NCBI GenBank assembly: GCA_019637555.1 | Contig: JAHBVK010000033.1 | Coordinates: forward strand, 1-64,000 | DNA: 64,000 nt | Reading direction: 5' to 3' | Origin: Anaerolineae bacterium | Lineage (GTDB): Bacteria > Chloroflexota > Anaerolineae > Aggregatilineales > UBA2796 | Notes under the pieces: model-generated | Told to the model about the DNA's origin: nothing | What the model saw: the letters and a program-made list of their open reading frames with translations, nothing else | Database searches by the model: none | Translations under genes and position numbers: made by a program | Part shown: positions 18,162 through 27,739 of the stretch, in pieces | Layout: the number at the start of each line of letters is the position of its first letter | How positions within the stretch are numbered: the first letter of the stretch is position 1

Positions 18162-20084
18162 ATGAGCCATATATTTCTCAGTTATTCGCGAGATGATGCT
18201 GATTGGATGAGCATGATCCGCACCTATTTAGAAAAATTAGGTCTCAATACTTGGGTTGATGAAAGACGATTGAATACAGGGGATGAATGGTGGCAGGTAA
18301 TCAAGAACTCAATTGAACAAGCCTGCTGCGTCATTGTCCTGCTTTCTCCAACTGCAAATACCTCGGAGTGGGTACAGAAGGAAATAGATCACGCGCTCAC
18401 TTGTGGGCGTCAGGTTTACCCTCTACTGATACGTGGTAATGCGCAAGCTGAGAGTACGATCCCGCCTGCGTTAGCAAATCTCCAGTGGACAGACATCAGA
18501 GCAGAATTTACTAGGATGGACGCTGTTGTACGAACGATTCGAGAGCGTCATGGTACAGCCTGCGGGGAGGTCAAACTTTCGACTCCTCCTGTCCTTAACG
18601 AGATTAAGGCGACAGTAGTTGCTGTCATGGGCGTTAGGGGTGGTGTCGGCAAAGGAACATTCGTTGCCTGTGCAGCCCAATTGTTAGCTGAAAAAGGGGA
18701 TGAGGTCGTCATTGTAGATTTTGATCTGGAGTCTTCGGGTGCAACCAACAAAGCAATGACCCGTCCCGGAACAGTACGTCCACCTGTCAAAACTATTTAC
18801 GATCATTTTGCCCCTTATGCTCTTAGATTTGAGAACCATCGCGGACCTGAATCTGAGCAACTATGGAACATCACGCCAACTTATTTGCAGGAACGCGGAC
18901 TTGGAAATATCTGGCTCGTCCCGGCAGCCGACACTGCGCGCGTGCGAGCAAGTTTTGAAGTAATCGCCAATATCCCAGTCCCGCGCGAGAAAACCGTGTT
19001 GAATGTCACCTATGAAGTGCTAAATCGCATTCAACGGGTAAGACCACAGGCAAAATGGATCCTTATGGATTGCGGCGCTGGTACCAATCCAATATATTCG
19101 GCAGCGTTTGTCGCAGCCCGCTATCGTTATATGGTCATATTGCCAGATAGCAGTTTTTTCAATCAGATCGCCACCATCAAAGCAGAACACGTTACCCGCT
19201 ATCCCGAAGAATCGGGCGTTGCTCAGGTAAACATTGTTGTCAATCGTATTTCTTCGGACGAACACAAGTATCAAACAGCAGTACTCAAGCCAATAGGGTT
19301 CATTCCTGAAGACCCGACGTTGCAAGCCGACGATTTTCAGCAACCAATTGATTTTGATTTAGGGTACAGCGCCGTTCTAGAAGCTATTCATAGAGCGCTG
19401 AATGCTAGTTTCGATATGGAAGATCGAAAGCGATTGCCTAAAGAAGAAAATGTTCGTTTATTGCCGTGGCTTAATCCAGTCCTGCGCAATCGCTTGGCTT
19501 CACGACTACTGAATGACAAGTTGTTCAAGAGAACTACGCTGCTGCTCTACGGCGTAACCATCGGATCTGCAGTGGTTACGGTGCTGGTAGTCGCAGCAGC
19601 ATTGATCCTCAAATTGCTGCAAAGCCTACAGCCGCTAGCTACATCCGAAATATCGGCTGTTTCCACACCAGTACAAACAGCGCCTCAAATCGATCTAGTG
19701 CTGGTACTTACCGGAATCGCCGCGACATTGGCTGGTGCGTATTTTTTGCGCGAACAACTGCGCAAGCGAGCATTATTGCGCCGCGTTGTAGTTATGGAGA
19801 ATACCGAATCCGAAATTGAGCAATATGCACTTTTGCGCAAGCTCATTCATGGTGAAATGGATATGAGTCGGGGAACGCTGCACTGGTTCAACCAGCAGGT
19901 GCAAAAGGCACAGCAAGCGGACAAAAGCGCGCGTAGTCACCAAGTAGCGAAATACGAAGCAAAGCTAACCTTCCAAGACCAGAATTCAGATATTCCCTCC
20001 GCTATTCAACTGTCGAGTGAATCATGGCGTTCACTTGATCATTTTTCTACTCAGGGGAGTATTGACGATGACGACGAGACCTGA
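18162..20084 (+). CDS. Membrane-anchored TIR domain / ParA-MinD-type P-loop ATPase fusion protein.
   Basis: N-terminal TIR (IFLSYSRDD...VIVLLSPTANTSEWVQKEIDHAL, with the conserved Glu in the SxWxxxE motif). Deviant Walker A in VMGVRGGVGKGT, followed by VVIVDFD and ILMDCGAG, as in MinD/ParA. Two predicted TM helices near residues 455-530. AT-rich codon usage. Confidence 0.8.
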   Translation: MSHIFLSYSRDDADWMSMIRTYLEKLGLNTWVDERRLNTGDEWWQVIKNSIEQACCVIVLLSPTANTSEWVQKEIDHALTCGRQVYPLLIRGNAQAESTIPPALANLQWTDIRAEFTRMDAVVRTIRERHGTACGEVKLSTPPVLNEIKATVVAVMGVRGGVGKGTFVACAAQLLAEKGDEVVIVDFDLESSGATNKAMTRPGTVRPPVKTIYDHFAPYALRFENHRGPESEQLWNITPTYLQERGLGNIWLVPAADTARVRASFEVIANIPVPREKTVLNVTYEVLNRIQRVRPQAKWILMDCGAGTNPIYSAAFVAARYRYMVILPDSSFFNQIATIKAEHVTRYPEESGVAQVNIVVNRISSDEHKYQTAVLKPIGFIPEDPTLQADDFQQPIDFDLGYSAVLEAIHRALNASFDMEDRKRLPKEENVRLLPWLNPVLRNRLASRLLNDKLFKRTTLLLYGVTIGSAVVTVLVVAAALILKLLQSLQPLATSEISAVSTPVQTAPQIDLVLVLTGIAATLAGAYFLREQLRKRALLRRVVVMENTESEIEQYALLRKLIHGEMDMSRGTLHWFNQQVQKAQQADKSARSHQVAKYEAKLTFQDQNSDIPSAIQLSSESWRSLDHFSTQGSIDDDDET

Positions 20085-21567
20085 ACCGGGACGTTTCGGC
20101 TATGCTGTTTTAATGTCTTATACTTACTTTTTGTCGATTGGTGTTTTTGGGATTATACAGTGGTTTACTGACCTCGATCTTAAGCAAGCATCCTCTAGCT
20201 ATCTGCGCACTGCCTTCAGTATCGACCAGAATTCGACAGTTTCCGTAATCATGTTCTTTGGTTGTTACATCCTCTCGGTGTTGCCTATCGGCTCGGCTGT
20301 ACAGCTGTACTATAAATACACTGGGCGTACCTATACGGGGGATCGGATTGGTTTTGCCAAGTCTGGCGGACATGACATCGCCACTTGGGCAGGATTGCTT
20401 TCTTTTGTCCTAGTCGTCTATGTTTTTGCTCGTTTCATTCCCGCTGGAATACTAGGAGTGGGACGTGTCGTTGTCATTTTCGTCGCTAGTTTTTTTCTAA
20501 GTGGTTGGCTGACGCGCACCTTGACTGGATTGCTCTACGAGGCAATGTATCGCCCACGACTTACCACCACCTTTGGTCTCTCAAGCCTACTACGTTGCCA
20601 GATACTCTATCCGACGAATTATGCACGCTGCCCAAATCCGACTTACCGTATTTTACCGATCTGTCGCTGGCATCGCATCATGGCTGAGTTCCGCAGAGAC
20701 TATCAAATAGCTCCATGGGCTGCTCATGTAATGATGTATCTAGCTGGAAGCAGCTTCTTTGCCGTCATATTCTGTTCATACCAATTTTCCGTTACGGTAG
20801 ATGGGCGCTGGTTACTACCGATAGTGGCTTCAACGGGCATGACATTTGCTACTTTTGCTGACTCGGTGATGGCGCGGAATTATCCACTATCGCAATACGC
20901 GCTGTGGGCAAAAATGCTGTCGACAGGAATACTACTGGTGGCGATTGGGGCAGCTATCCTTGCATTCTATGCAGTTTTAGCGCCAGATGCGACACGCGCT
21001 TTTGTCCAGCAACTCACGACGGATGAACGCTTGATCGATTGGTCACCTGCTCTCATAGGCATTATTGGTGGCTTCGGCTTTGGAATTTACGGGCGCATGT
21101 TCTTACGGCGTGTCCTATTCATCCGTAATCGCTTTGCCAATTGGGGAGTGTATGGAGTTCAATTGGGTCTAATTGGCGCGGCACTACAACCGCTGTTCAT
21201 GAACCTTTCCCCTATCAGTCCGCAGAATTCGCCAGACTTCTGGACGCCAATATTGGGCGACTCAAACCTCTTACCCATTGGTATCGTCTGGTTTATTGCC
21301 TTCAACATTTGCGAAATCATCAACGTGCGGGCGCGACGTGCCGAACTTACTGACGCGGAATTTAAACGTACGTTTGAAATATCTTATGGAGCGTGTATTC
21401 TGCCTGCCGTATTAGGTTTGTTCGCTGCCCGTTATCTTATGATTTGGCTGACCCTCAGTGGCGTTGTCATACTAGGGGCGATTTCGATTGCAATTGCTAT
21501 ACCGCTGTGCATGGCAACGACTCGTTGGGTAATCAACTGGGGACGAACCCCGCCCTTAGCCCGTTAA
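20066..21567 (+). CDS. Polytopic integral membrane protein of unknown function (about 10-12 TM), translationally coupled to the TIR-ATPase gene.
   Basis: ATG (MTTRPEP) overlaps the upstream stop by 19 nt. Multiple hydrophobic helices. No recognisable family. Same low-GC composition. Confidence 0.65.
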
Positions 21568-21751
21568 GCGCAAGCAACTTTGAGACATACTACAAACCAT
21601 TACCCAATTACGATTGTTTGCTTTTGCTTGGCAAAGTAGCCAAGAGTTGAGCAATCATGGTAGGTCCCCTCTAGATGCTTGGGCAAGATAACAATTTATT
21701 CTTCAATGTTGCACCTTTCCTGACTGATCAGTGTTAACTCTAAAGGCACAG

Positions 21752-21759
21752 TGTATAAT
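21752..21759 (+). promoter_or_regulatory. Candidate -10 element for acpP.
   Basis: Perfect TATAAT at 21754-21759, preceded by TG, about 60 nt upstream of acpP. GGAGG RBS before the ATG. Confidence 0.35.
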
Positions 21760-21818
21760 CGCAGGCTCTAACTTAAATTTGAGCTTGCTTATCAACCAAC
21801 CGCTGGAGGTTTCTCACA

Positions 21819-22058
21819 ATGGCAACTACTGAAGAGCGCGTACGCGACATTATCGTGGACTTGCTGGGCAAAGACCCATCCGAGGTCGTCCCCGCAGCAC
21901 GCTTCCGCGAAGATCTGGAAGCTGACTCGCTCGATCTGGTCGAACTGATCATGAAGATCGAAGAAGAGTTCGGTGGCGAGATTTCTGACGAAGAAGCGCA
22001 GAAGATCACCACCGTTGGCGATGCGATCACCTACATTGACACACGGATGCTCAAGTAA
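21819..22058 (+). CDS. acpP: Acyl carrier protein.
   Basis: 79 aa, acidic, with the phosphopantetheine attachment motif [11 protein letters not shown]. Confidence 0.9.
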   Translation: MATTEERVRDIIVDLLGKDPSEVVPAARFREDLEADSLDLVELIMKIEEEFGGEISDEEAQKITTVGDAITYIDTRMLK

Positions 22059-22123
22059 GAGCTAGCGCAACCCGTACTGCAAAGCATTCAACTCAACTCA
22101 TCTAGGCACAGAATCGACATGAC

Positions 22124-22156
22124 AAGGGCGAGGCGCTGCTTCGCCCTTCCGTTTGC
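22124..22156 (+). terminator. Rho-independent terminator after acpP.
   Basis: Hairpin gggcgaggcgctgcttcgccc, followed by ttccgtttg. Confidence 0.5.
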
Positions 22157-22174
22157 ATCTACGTATCAGCAGAG

Positions 22175-22984
22175 ATGACTATTCCTACCATCCCGTGTGT
22201 GCTCACTATAGCCGCCTCCGATCCTAGTGGTGCGGCAGGTGTGCAAGCCGATCTCAAAACATTTGAAGCGCGGCAAGTCTACGGCTTGTCCGCGATCACC
22301 GCCCTGTCCGTGCAAAACTCAGTCTCCTTTCAAGGGCTGCGCGTGATGGAGGCGGATTTTGTGCGCCAGCAGATCGAAGCACTGGTCAGCGACATTAATA
22401 TCGCCGCCATCAAGACGGGGATGCTGCTGCGTGCCGACATTATTGAAACGGTCATCGCGGCGATCCCGCCACAACTTCCGGCAGTGATCGATCCGGTATT
22501 CGTCACGGGCGAAGGCAAACGGTTTGTGGACGATCCGGTGATCGAGGGTTACCGCCGCCAACTCTTCCCACGCGCCACGCTGATCACGCCCAATCTCCTG
22601 GAGACGGCGATTCTCGTCGGGCATCCCGTAGAGGATGTGCCTGCGATGCGCGAAGCGGCGCGACAATTGCATCAGGATGGCGCACGCGCCGTGCTGATCA
22701 AAGGCGGACATCTCGCGACCACCGATCACATGATCGATGTCCTCTACGACGGACGCGATTTTTACGAGATGGACTCACCCTATCTACCCGTCAAGAATCC
22801 GCGTGGTACGGGCTGTACTTTTGCCTCCTGCATTGCCGCCGAACTCGCCAAAGGCGCTGATCTGCTGACGGCAGCGCGAACCGCCAAAGCATATGTCGCG
22901 GCGGCATTGGAAGCGGCGCTCGATTGGCACATCGGGCATGGGCGTGGCACGCTTTTTCACGGAGTTGGGAATAAGGTGTTGTGA
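22175..22984 (+). CDS. thiD: Hydroxymethylpyrimidine/phosphomethylpyrimidine kinase.
   Basis: VLTIAASDPSGAAGVQADLKTFEA and the downstream ribokinase-fold GG motifs. Confidence 0.85.
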   Translation: MTIPTIPCVLTIAASDPSGAAGVQADLKTFEARQVYGLSAITALSVQNSVSFQGLRVMEADFVRQQIEALVSDINIAAIKTGMLLRADIIETVIAAIPPQLPAVIDPVFVTGEGKRFVDDPVIEGYRRQLFPRATLITPNLLETAILVGHPVEDVPAMREAARQLHQDGARAVLIKGGHLATTDHMIDVLYDGRDFYEMDSPYLPVKNPRGTGCTFASCIAAELAKGADLLTAARTAKAYVAAALEAALDWHIGHGRGTLFHGVGNKVL

Positions 22985-22987
22985 TTC

Positions 22988-23702
22988 CGTGAACTGGGCA
23001 TTATTTCTCATCGTACTGGCTGGCGCGCTGACGCAGACGATCACTGGTAACGGTGTTGCGCTGATCGCCATGCCGCTGCTGGTGGGAATGATGACGCCTG
23101 TAGATGCAGCGGCGTTGGTCGCTACCCTCTCCTTCAGCGTACAGATCATCTTGCTGCTGCGCTACCATCGGCAGGTGCAGATCGGCAAATTGTGGCGTCT
23201 GATCACGGGCGCGGTTCTCGGTATCCCGATTGGTGTTTATCTGCTCACACGCTTAGATCGGCATCTGATCATCACGGTGATGGGCATCATTTTGGTGGGC
23301 TATTCACTGTACAGCCTGATCGCACCACGCTTGCCAGAGATCAAAAATCGGGGTTGGGCGTTCGGGTTTGGTTTTGTATCGGGTTTGCTCGGTGGCGCGT
23401 ACAACACGGGCGGTCCGCCATACGTGATCTGGGGAGTCAGTCAGGGCTGGCAATCGCGCGAGTTCAAGGGCAATATGCAATTGCTGCTGTTGTTCAATAC
23501 CAGCATCGTCGTGACCACGCACTTGCTGGCAGGACATTATCACGGTGGCATCTTGCAGAGCTATGTACAAGCCGTACCAGCGATTCTGCTCGGCACATTG
23601 ATAGGTTTTGTGCTGGATCAGCACATCAACGAAGTGCTGTTCAGGCGCTTGGTGTTAGTTGTCCTGCTGCTGATCGGCGCGAAGATGCTGATCGGGGGAT
23701 GA
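22988..23702 (+). CDS. TauE/SafE (DUF81) family sulfite/anion exporter-like membrane protein.
   Basis: Repeated 4-TM halves with Gly-rich motifs (LIAMPLLVGM, GLLGGAYNTGGPPYVIW). GTG start chosen just after the thiD stop. The longer ATG ORF would overlap thiD. Confidence 0.65.
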
Positions 23703-23831
23703 TGACGATTCCCAAACTATATTTGCACTGGTTCCAAGAATCACTCACCCTCCGATGGCATACCGTAATACGGCATGAATCTGAGGGTGAGCTATGTTTG
23801 TGTCTGAGTCACGTCGGGACGCTGCTGCGAC

Positions 23832-25370
23832 TTAGTTCAAGGTCGCGGGCGGTTCTACATCGGTTGGCGTACTACCTGCTGCCGATTGACCATTCGAGGT
23901 AACAGCCGGAGCGCTGGCGAGAGCACTCACTTCGTGTCCTCGCAGCGCATTGAGCAAGCTACCAACGCGTGCAACGGTTGTCGCCATATCTTCCCCGCTG
24001 AGTGCCTCGACTTTGGTGCGGAACACTTCCGCCACCTCAGGGATGTTGGTCAGTAAGTCCATCAACGTGTTGCCCGAAGACCCGTTGCCGTTGTGCCCAC
24101 CGAACTGCACGATGCGGACGTTATCGCCCAGTCCTGCCATTGCGTTAGCAATCGCTTCCATCTTCGCTACATCTGCCCGCATGATCTGTTCGATCAGGAA
24201 CTGACGCAGGTTGATCTCGCCCTCGGCGGCGCTGGCGGCTGCCAGTTCACGGCGACCTTCCGCCTCGGCAAGCAGTTTCGCCTTCTCGCCTTCTGCTTCC
24301 GCCAACTTACGCGCTTGAATAGCACTTGCCTCCGCTTTCTGACCGGCGGCTTCTGCTTCCTTCATCGCTTGCAGGGCGGCGGCATCAGCACGCCCCTTCT
24401 GCTCGGTGGCGCGGGCTTCCGCTTCGGCACGGGTGCGCGTCGCTTCAGCGTTCGCCTGTGCATTGATGGTGACGCGCTGACGTTCGGCTTCGGATTGAAT
24501 CTCGATTGCCTGACGCTGCGCTCGTGCTGGCACCAGTACTTCGGCTTCTTGTTTCTGCTCCACTGCCAGCGCGTGCAGCTTTTGTACTTCCTGTTCCGAG
24601 GTGGCGCGTGCCAAGCCGACCTTCTTTTGCACCTCCACCTCACGGATGTTCAGTGCTTCACGCTGCGCCAGAATTTCGCGCTGCGCTTCCAGCTCTGCTT
24701 GTTCCGCCTCGCGGGTTGCTCCGGCTGCCTTGACGCGGGCTTCACGTTCCGCCTCCGCCTGCGCAATCTGAGCATCGCGCTTGACGGCAGCGATCTGCGG
24801 GGCTGCCATCGCCGTCAAATAGCCCTGATCATCGGAGATTTCTTCGATGCCCATCGAGATAATTCGCACGCCCATGGCGGCGACATCATCACGCGCCAGA
24901 TCCTGCACCTTCTGCACGAACGAGTCACGATCCCGATGGATCGCTTCGACGGACATCTGACCGACGATAGCGCGGAAGTTGGCGCTTAAGGTTTCGGAGA
25001 TGATGCCGCGAATTTCCTCGCGCGATTTGTCCAGAAAAGCACGGGCAGCGGTCCGTAGCGCCGTTTCCTCTGGATCGATCTGAACCTGAGCCACCCAGTC
25101 CAGACGAATCGGCACACCGCTGACGGTGTAGACCTCATCCTTCTCCTGCTTGATGGTCATGATCGTGATATTCAGTTTCTTGAACGTTTCCAGAATGGGG
25201 ATGATGAATACACCGCCGTTGCTGATCAGACGCGCGTCTTTGCGTCCATAGACCACCATCACTTCACTGGGTGGTACGCGGTGATATTGTCTGGTGATCA
25301 GTGCCCCAACCGCGAGGATAAGGACCACGACCACGCCTACTACGACCAACAATCCAGTTCCGTCCATCAA
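23832..25370 (-). CDS. Flotillin-like SPFH/band-7 protein.
   Basis: N-terminal TM and SPFH domain, followed by a long Ala/Glu-rich coiled coil (EA repeats). Sits downstream of NfeD, as in the yuaF-floT arrangement. Confidence 0.8.
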   Translation of the reverse strand: MMDGTGLLVVVGVVVVLILAVGALITRQYHRVPPSEVMVVYGRKDARLISNGGVFIIPILETFKKLNITIMTIKQEKDEVYTVSGVPIRLDWVAQVQIDPEETALRTAARAFLDKSREEIRGIISETLSANFRAIVGQMSVEAIHRDRDSFVQKVQDLARDDVAAMGVRIISMGIEEISDDQGYLTAMAAPQIAAVKRDAQIAQAEAEREARVKAAGATREAEQAELEAQREILAQREALNIREVEVQKKVGLARATSEQEVQKLHALAVEQKQEAEVLVPARAQRQAIEIQSEAERQRVTINAQANAEATRTRAEAEARATEQKGRADAAALQAMKEAEAAGQKAEASAIQARKLAEAEGEKAKLLAEAEGRRELAAASAAEGEINLRQFLIEQIMRADVAKMEAIANAMAGLGDNVRIVQFGGHNGNGSSGNTLMDLLTNIPEVAEVFRTKVEALSGEDMATTVARVGSLLNALRGHEVSALASAPAVTSNGQSAAGSTPTDVEPPATLN

Positions 25371-25390
25371 TGTCTCTCCTTCATGAACAG

Positions 25391-25918
25391 TTAGCCACTA
25401 CTCTCGGTTCGCTTCTTCTTGACATAAAGGACACTGCTATCAGCATCCACTACTTCTATGACATCACCGCGATGCAGTTCTGCTTCGCCGACTTCTTTGA
25501 TCGCATATTTATGAATGTACTTGCCCTGTACCATCGCTTCCCCGACCATACCCGCAGGCGAGTCGATGGTTACGCGTCCGCTGTTGCCGATCAGCAGATC
25601 CCGATGATCGACTTGCGGCGATTGCTGGCGGATCACAAAACGCATCACCGTCAGTACCAAGCGCCCGATCAGCAGACCAACCGCGACGGCGATGATTAAG
25701 GTTAGGGGTAAGTTCCAGTGGGAAAGCGAGCCTAGCAGCCCGATAGCGCCGAACACCGACGCAAAAGCAGCGCCGACCAACAGCGTGAAGTCACCATCAC
25801 CGCCGTGATCACCCGCGTCGAAGCTATCTGTTTCGTTGCCGCCGAAAAACAAGCTGTAGAGGAAATAAAGCACGCCAGCCAGCGTAATCGCGGCGAAAAT
25901 GTAAGGAAGAAAATCCAT
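25391..25918 (-). CDS. NfeD-family membrane protein (short YuaF-like form).
   Basis: N-terminal TM helices plus a C-terminal OB-fold-like segment. Conserved partner upstream of flotillin. Confidence 0.7.
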   Translation of the reverse strand: MDFLPYIFAAITLAGVLYFLYSLFFGGNETDSFDAGDHGGDGDFTLLVGAAFASVFGAIGLLGSLSHWNLPLTLIIAVAVGLLIGRLVLTVMRFVIRQQSPQVDHRDLLIGNSGRVTIDSPAGMVGEAMVQGKYIHKYAIKEVGEAELHRGDVIEVVDADSSVLYVKKKRTESSG

Positions 25919-26090
25919 AGCACACTCTCGTCGTGGTTATGTGGTTAGTACACTAACTATACCTCATTTTGTAAGAACGCTCAAATGATTCGCGGCTGAA
26001 TTTACAATTGCTTCAATGCCTTTGTAGCCTGCAACTCCAAAACAACAGCGACCATCTATCTACAGATGGTCGCTGTTGTTTGCTAGAAGA

Positions 26091-27623
26091 TCACGGTTTC
26101 GGCTGACACTGCGGCAAGTTTGGTTTCGTATCGCAAATGGGTGGCAGCGGATTATCCGGATCTCTGGTAGGTCGGGGCGTGCGAGTTGGCGTCTTGGTTG
26201 GCGCTGGTGGTTGCACTTGCAGCGTGACGCTCAACCGATTGTTGGCAGTGTTGGTTTCCCTCGTCTTGCGATCTTGATTCACGCTGGCAGTGGTTTGCAT
26301 CGCGCCGCTATCGGTGTAAGTGAAGCTAAACGTGATCACTTTACTTTGTCCGGCTTCCAGATTGGTGATAACTTGCGTTAGCGGCTGCACATCCAGACTC
26401 GCTTTGGGCTGCCATGCGACCTCAAACTCCGGGGCGACGCCTTGCCCTTGATTCTGCACCGTAACACTGATGGTGACGCGCTGCCCTGTGCGCGGCGATG
26501 TCGGTGAGAAGGTGATCGCACTCACAGTCAGATCGGCGCGTGGCGCGGTAAATTCGACGGATGTGCCCATTTCGTCAGCCATCGTGTCAAACTTCACCGT
26601 CACGGAGGCGATACCGACAGTGGTGAAAACTGTCGCGGGTACATCAACCACGATCTCCCGATCATTACGGGTGGCGATATTGACCACAGTACCACCAATT
26701 TTTACCACAGGCGGATTCCCCTGCGTTGGCAGCTTGCCGCCAAGAATACGCATTTGCGCATCGGTGCTGGCAACTAGTTTCTTGGGGAACACGAAGGAAA
26801 TGTAGGGCTGCGTCAAGGCGACCAGCTTCTTATCGGCGGCTTGTGCAGCCGTTCGACTCAGAATGAAGGTGCGAAGGGAAGGAACGGTGACGCCCGAAAC
26901 TCCTATCAGGAACACGACGCCTAGCAAGACTAAGCCGATGATCTGGAATTTGCCTAGCGTAGCCGCACTCCGCATGGAGAAAAAGCCGATCCCCACCACG
27001 ATCAGCGCGACCAGTCCGACGATCCCGAAGATGAGCTGCCACAAGCGATCCGCGCTGCGATCAATGAGTGCCGCGCCCGACTCGGTAGCGACGATGATCA
27101 CTTCTTTGAGCTTGTCGGCAGCGTGATCGATAGTAGTGTTGATCTCTTTGCTCGCCTGATCGATGATGTTCAGCGCGGTGTCGGAGATAACGGCAATGTC
27201 ATCCAATATCTGATCGTTGATCTGCTGCACGAGGTTGAACAGCCGCGAGAGCTGCCCATCGACGAAGGCATCTGCTTTGTCGAGTGCGATGTCGAGGTTA
27301 TCCTGAAACTTTTCTTCGATGAAGCGGATGAGTTCTTGGATTTCTCGTTGTGCATTTTCCAAGATTTCCTTCGACGCACCAACAGCAGCATCTTTGGCGT
27401 GGTCGATAGCATCATTTACTAGTTTGCCAACGCCCAACAACGCGCCGACGGTGAGTACAGCGCCGAGGAATGGCTTGGGTTTTGCCAGTACCACCGTAGT
27501 TGGTCGCGCTAATCCTAGTCCCAGTCCTAGCGATCCCAATACGAGCGCAAAAATGACGGCTGTTGACAAGCCTGCACGCAGGGATTGTCCATAGCGTAGA
27601 GTCTGCGACATACGCACCTCCAC
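26091..27623 (-). CDS. Membrane protein with a C-terminal CARDB-like domain and a Pro/Thr-rich tail.
   Basis: ADLTVSAITFSPTSPRTGQRVTISVTVQNQG matches the CARDB pattern. N-terminal hydrophobic segments. Tail PPAPTKTPTRTPRPT. Confidence 0.55.
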   Translation of the reverse strand: MEVRMSQTLRYGQSLRAGLSTAVIFALVLGSLGLGLGLARPTTVVLAKPKPFLGAVLTVGALLGVGKLVNDAIDHAKDAAVGASKEILENAQREIQELIRFIEEKFQDNLDIALDKADAFVDGQLSRLFNLVQQINDQILDDIAVISDTALNIIDQASKEINTTIDHAADKLKEVIIVATESGAALIDRSADRLWQLIFGIVGLVALIVVGIGFFSMRSAATLGKFQIIGLVLLGVVFLIGVSGVTVPSLRTFILSRTAAQAADKKLVALTQPYISFVFPKKLVASTDAQMRILGGKLPTQGNPPVVKIGGTVVNIATRNDREIVVDVPATVFTTVGIASVTVKFDTMADEMGTSVEFTAPRADLTVSAITFSPTSPRTGQRVTISVTVQNQGQGVAPEFEVAWQPKASLDVQPLTQVITNLEAGQSKVITFSFTYTDSGAMQTTASVNQDRKTRETNTANNRLSVTLQVQPPAPTKTPTRTPRPTRDPDNPLPPICDTKPNLPQCQPKP

Positions 27624-27739
27624 AACCTTCTGAAGCCCGCCGTCAGTATAGGATGGATGCCAAATCAGCGCAATTTTGAGCAGACAACGAGACGGCTATG
27701 GTAGCAATCTCCGATTGCTAAAATGAAGCTCCTCATTAC

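Noticed and set aside
22059-22175. Possible TPP riboswitch upstream of thiD
   Set aside because: The conserved CUGAGA and ACCUGAUCUGGAUAAUGCCAGCG thi-box elements are not visible in the 116-nt leader. The only structure seen is the acpP terminator hairpin.
24093-24989. 298-aa + strand ORF
   Set aside because: Antisense to the flotillin coiled-coil region. The Ala/Glu-rich repeat on the true strand creates open frames on the opposite strand.
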